Part shown: one piece after another, positions 62,498 through 64,000 of the stretch
Position numbering within the stretch: the stretch's first letter is position 1
Layout of the letters: each line of letters starts with the position of its first letter
Position numbers and translations under genes: made by a program
From: Neoechinorhynchus agilis
Taxonomy: Eukaryota > Animalia > Acanthocephala
Length of the DNA stretch: 64,000 nucleotides
NCBI GenBank assembly: GCA_051530055.1
Contig: CM121341.1
Coordinates: forward strand, 4,752,784-4,816,783
Direction of reading: 5' to 3'
The notes under the pieces: generated by a model
What the model was told of the DNA's origin: nothing
The model's input: the letters and a program-made list of their open reading frames with translations, nothing else
Databases searched by the model: none

Positions 62498-62935
62498 TCA
62501 GTTAGAACTCAGTTTATTCACTTTTGGTTCCCTTAACGATTCCAAGACGATTTTCGCTCTGGTTGCACTGACTGAATCGACCTTATGAACACTGTTCTTA
62601 TTTTGCTTCGAATATTCGTCCAGGATTTTGTTACATGAGGCCAAAGTTTGCACTCTAGCATTGCCCTTCATATCGTTCATGTAAAAGATCATTATGGAAA
62701 AGTATTTGTCGTTTAAAGCAGCGGGATCGAGCATGTTCTTTAATAGCCATGTTTGAATCCGTTTGCTAAAAAACCATCGGTCGCGATGACGGTGCCACCT
62801 TTTTAGATACTTTGATGCTTGCTTTCTCTTCTGAGGATCAATTGTTTTGACGAACGTCTTAAACCCATTTGAAATGTCCTTTTTCTTTAAAATGGACTTT
62901 TTTGGGATGGCCGATGAAGGTAATGGCGAGTGCAT
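62498..62935 (-). CDS. C7orf50-like (WKF domain) protein
   Basis: ASKYLKRW...RWFFSKRIQTWLLKNMLD...F...YMNDMKGNARVQT parallels C7orf50 WKFQKTRQTWLL...YLEGLQGRARELT. Confidence 0.75.
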   Translation of the reverse strand: MHSPLPSSAIPKKSILKKKDISNGFKTFVKTIDPQKRKQASKYLKRWHRHRDRWFFSKRIQTWLLKNMLDPAALNDKYFSIMIFYMNDMKGNARVQTLASCNKILDEYSKQNKNSVHKVDSVSATRAKIVLESLREPKVNKLSSN

Positions 62936-63008
62936 CTAAAGAAAGGGAGAAGATCAATCGCCCTTCGAAATATGACGGCCAAAACACTCGCGAATGTGGA
63001 AACTACTC

Positions 63009-63272
63009 TTACTGGTTCCTCTGGAATGGTCGGGAGTTCTTCTTACTAACATTCTTAAGTTCGGCTTCAATCGTTTTGTGGATGAAACGAAGGCACACAA
63101 CCGATCGATTTTGATTCTCGAACAGGCGATAATCATCAGTGAGTTTCCTTCTTTCCTTAACGGTCGCCGATTACTCACAAAGGGGATGAGGAGGAAACTC
63201 ACTGATGGTTATCGTCTCCTCCCTGGGAGGTATCGAATGGCCCAAAGCACATCGCAAAAGAATATTCGCCAT
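63009..63272 (-). CDS. candidate 55-aa gene interrupted by a 96-bp hairpin insert
   Basis: AG-ATG at 63272. Removing 63122-63217 deletes an in-frame stop and gives MANILLRCALGHSIPPREVENQNRSVVCLRFIHKTIEAELKNVSKKNSRPFQRNQ. Confidence 0.4.
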
Positions 63273-63345
63273 CTCGAACACCTTTCGTCCACGATTTATC
63301 GCAGTTCTCCAATTCGAGCGTTCCGCCCTATTCAGCTTTTGTTAG

Positions 63346-64000
63346 ATGTCATCAAAATTATCGGCAGTGCAAAGTGCTCGAGCGCGGTACCTCGGTATGA
63401 GTATAGAAGAAAAGCGGGTACTCTACAAGGTTCCACAGTTCGTAAAACTCGATCAGATCCCAAAATGGTCCTGTTCCAAGATTCCAATTCGAAAGATAGA
63501 CTCTATGTTTCACCACGACGCCCGATTAAACGATAGGATACGCCTTTTTAGTGGCGATATCACTCAAATTGAAATCGATGCGATTGTGAATGCTGCTAAC
63601 AGGAGTCTTTTAGGAGGCGGGGGTGTCGACGGTGCCATTCATCGAGCTGCTGGTTCGCATCTTATCGACGAATGTAGGACGCTTAATGGATGTAGAACTG
63701 GCGAAGCGAAAACGACCGCTGGATACGATTTACCAGCACGATTTGTGATTCATACGGTCGGTCCAGTAGGAGAAAAGCCTGATCTTCTTAAGAATGCGTA
63801 TCGGAACTCCTTGGTGTGTTGATTCCTCGGGTTGTTGAATCAACGCAGTGAATGAAGCGTTGAAAAATCGATGCCGTTCAATAGCCTTTCCTTGCATATC
63901 TACCGGCGTTTACCGATATCCGAACGAAGCTGCAGCTCACATCGCATTGAGAGAATTCAGAGAATTCCTTAATGAACACGTTGATGATATGGACGCAATC
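63346..64000 (+). CDS. MACROD: macrodomain protein (MacroD-type ADP-ribose hydrolase), runs off the window
   Basis: [34 protein letters not shown]...VIHTVGP; [12 protein letters not shown] follows a 37-bp insert. Confidence 0.9.

Noticed and set aside
62994-63536. 180-aa plus-strand ORF as a gene
   Set aside because: It overlaps MACROD in another frame, reads through the hairpin and has no recognisable motifs.
1-64000. Euglenozoan or dinoflagellate origin suggested by intron geometry
   Set aside because: R2 at the 28S site, forkhead genes and invertebrate-type MRPL50 point to an animal, and a complex I subunit argues against dinoflagellates. The exact taxon cannot be fixed without a search.

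Overview
AT-rich animal genomic DNA, probably a long-read assembly with homopolymer indels. Evidence for an animal: forkhead genes, a 28S-inserted R2 retrotransposon and invertebrate-type MRPL50. The window holds tightly packed housekeeping genes (POLD1, NDUFS7, PLA2G15/LCAT-like, AASDHPPT, BCCIP/BCP1, RAMAC, MRPL50, C7orf50-like, MACROD-like), three divergent forkhead paralogues and a bacterial-type YbaY/YscW gene. It also has two duplicated orphan 28S fragments with R2 junctions (one R2 complete but decayed), about nine CRE-clade LINE remnants, Penelope remnants with minimal hammerhead motifs, a gypsy fragment, virus-like coding fragments, a PDE exon array and satellites. Main observation: conserved genes are interrupted by 37 bp to 3.3 kb inserts that lack usable GT-AG ends. 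Their two ends base-pair as terminal inverted repeats, mostly in a recurring register (+n pairs with -(n+2)), and are usually flanked by 1-5 bp direct repeats. Removing them restores frame and homologous spacing. Many of the same genes have a pyrimidine-rich AG at or just before the ATG, suggesting canonical SL trans-splicing and operons alongside non-canonical, structure-defined cis introns. All splice inferences come from manual reading and need RNA data.
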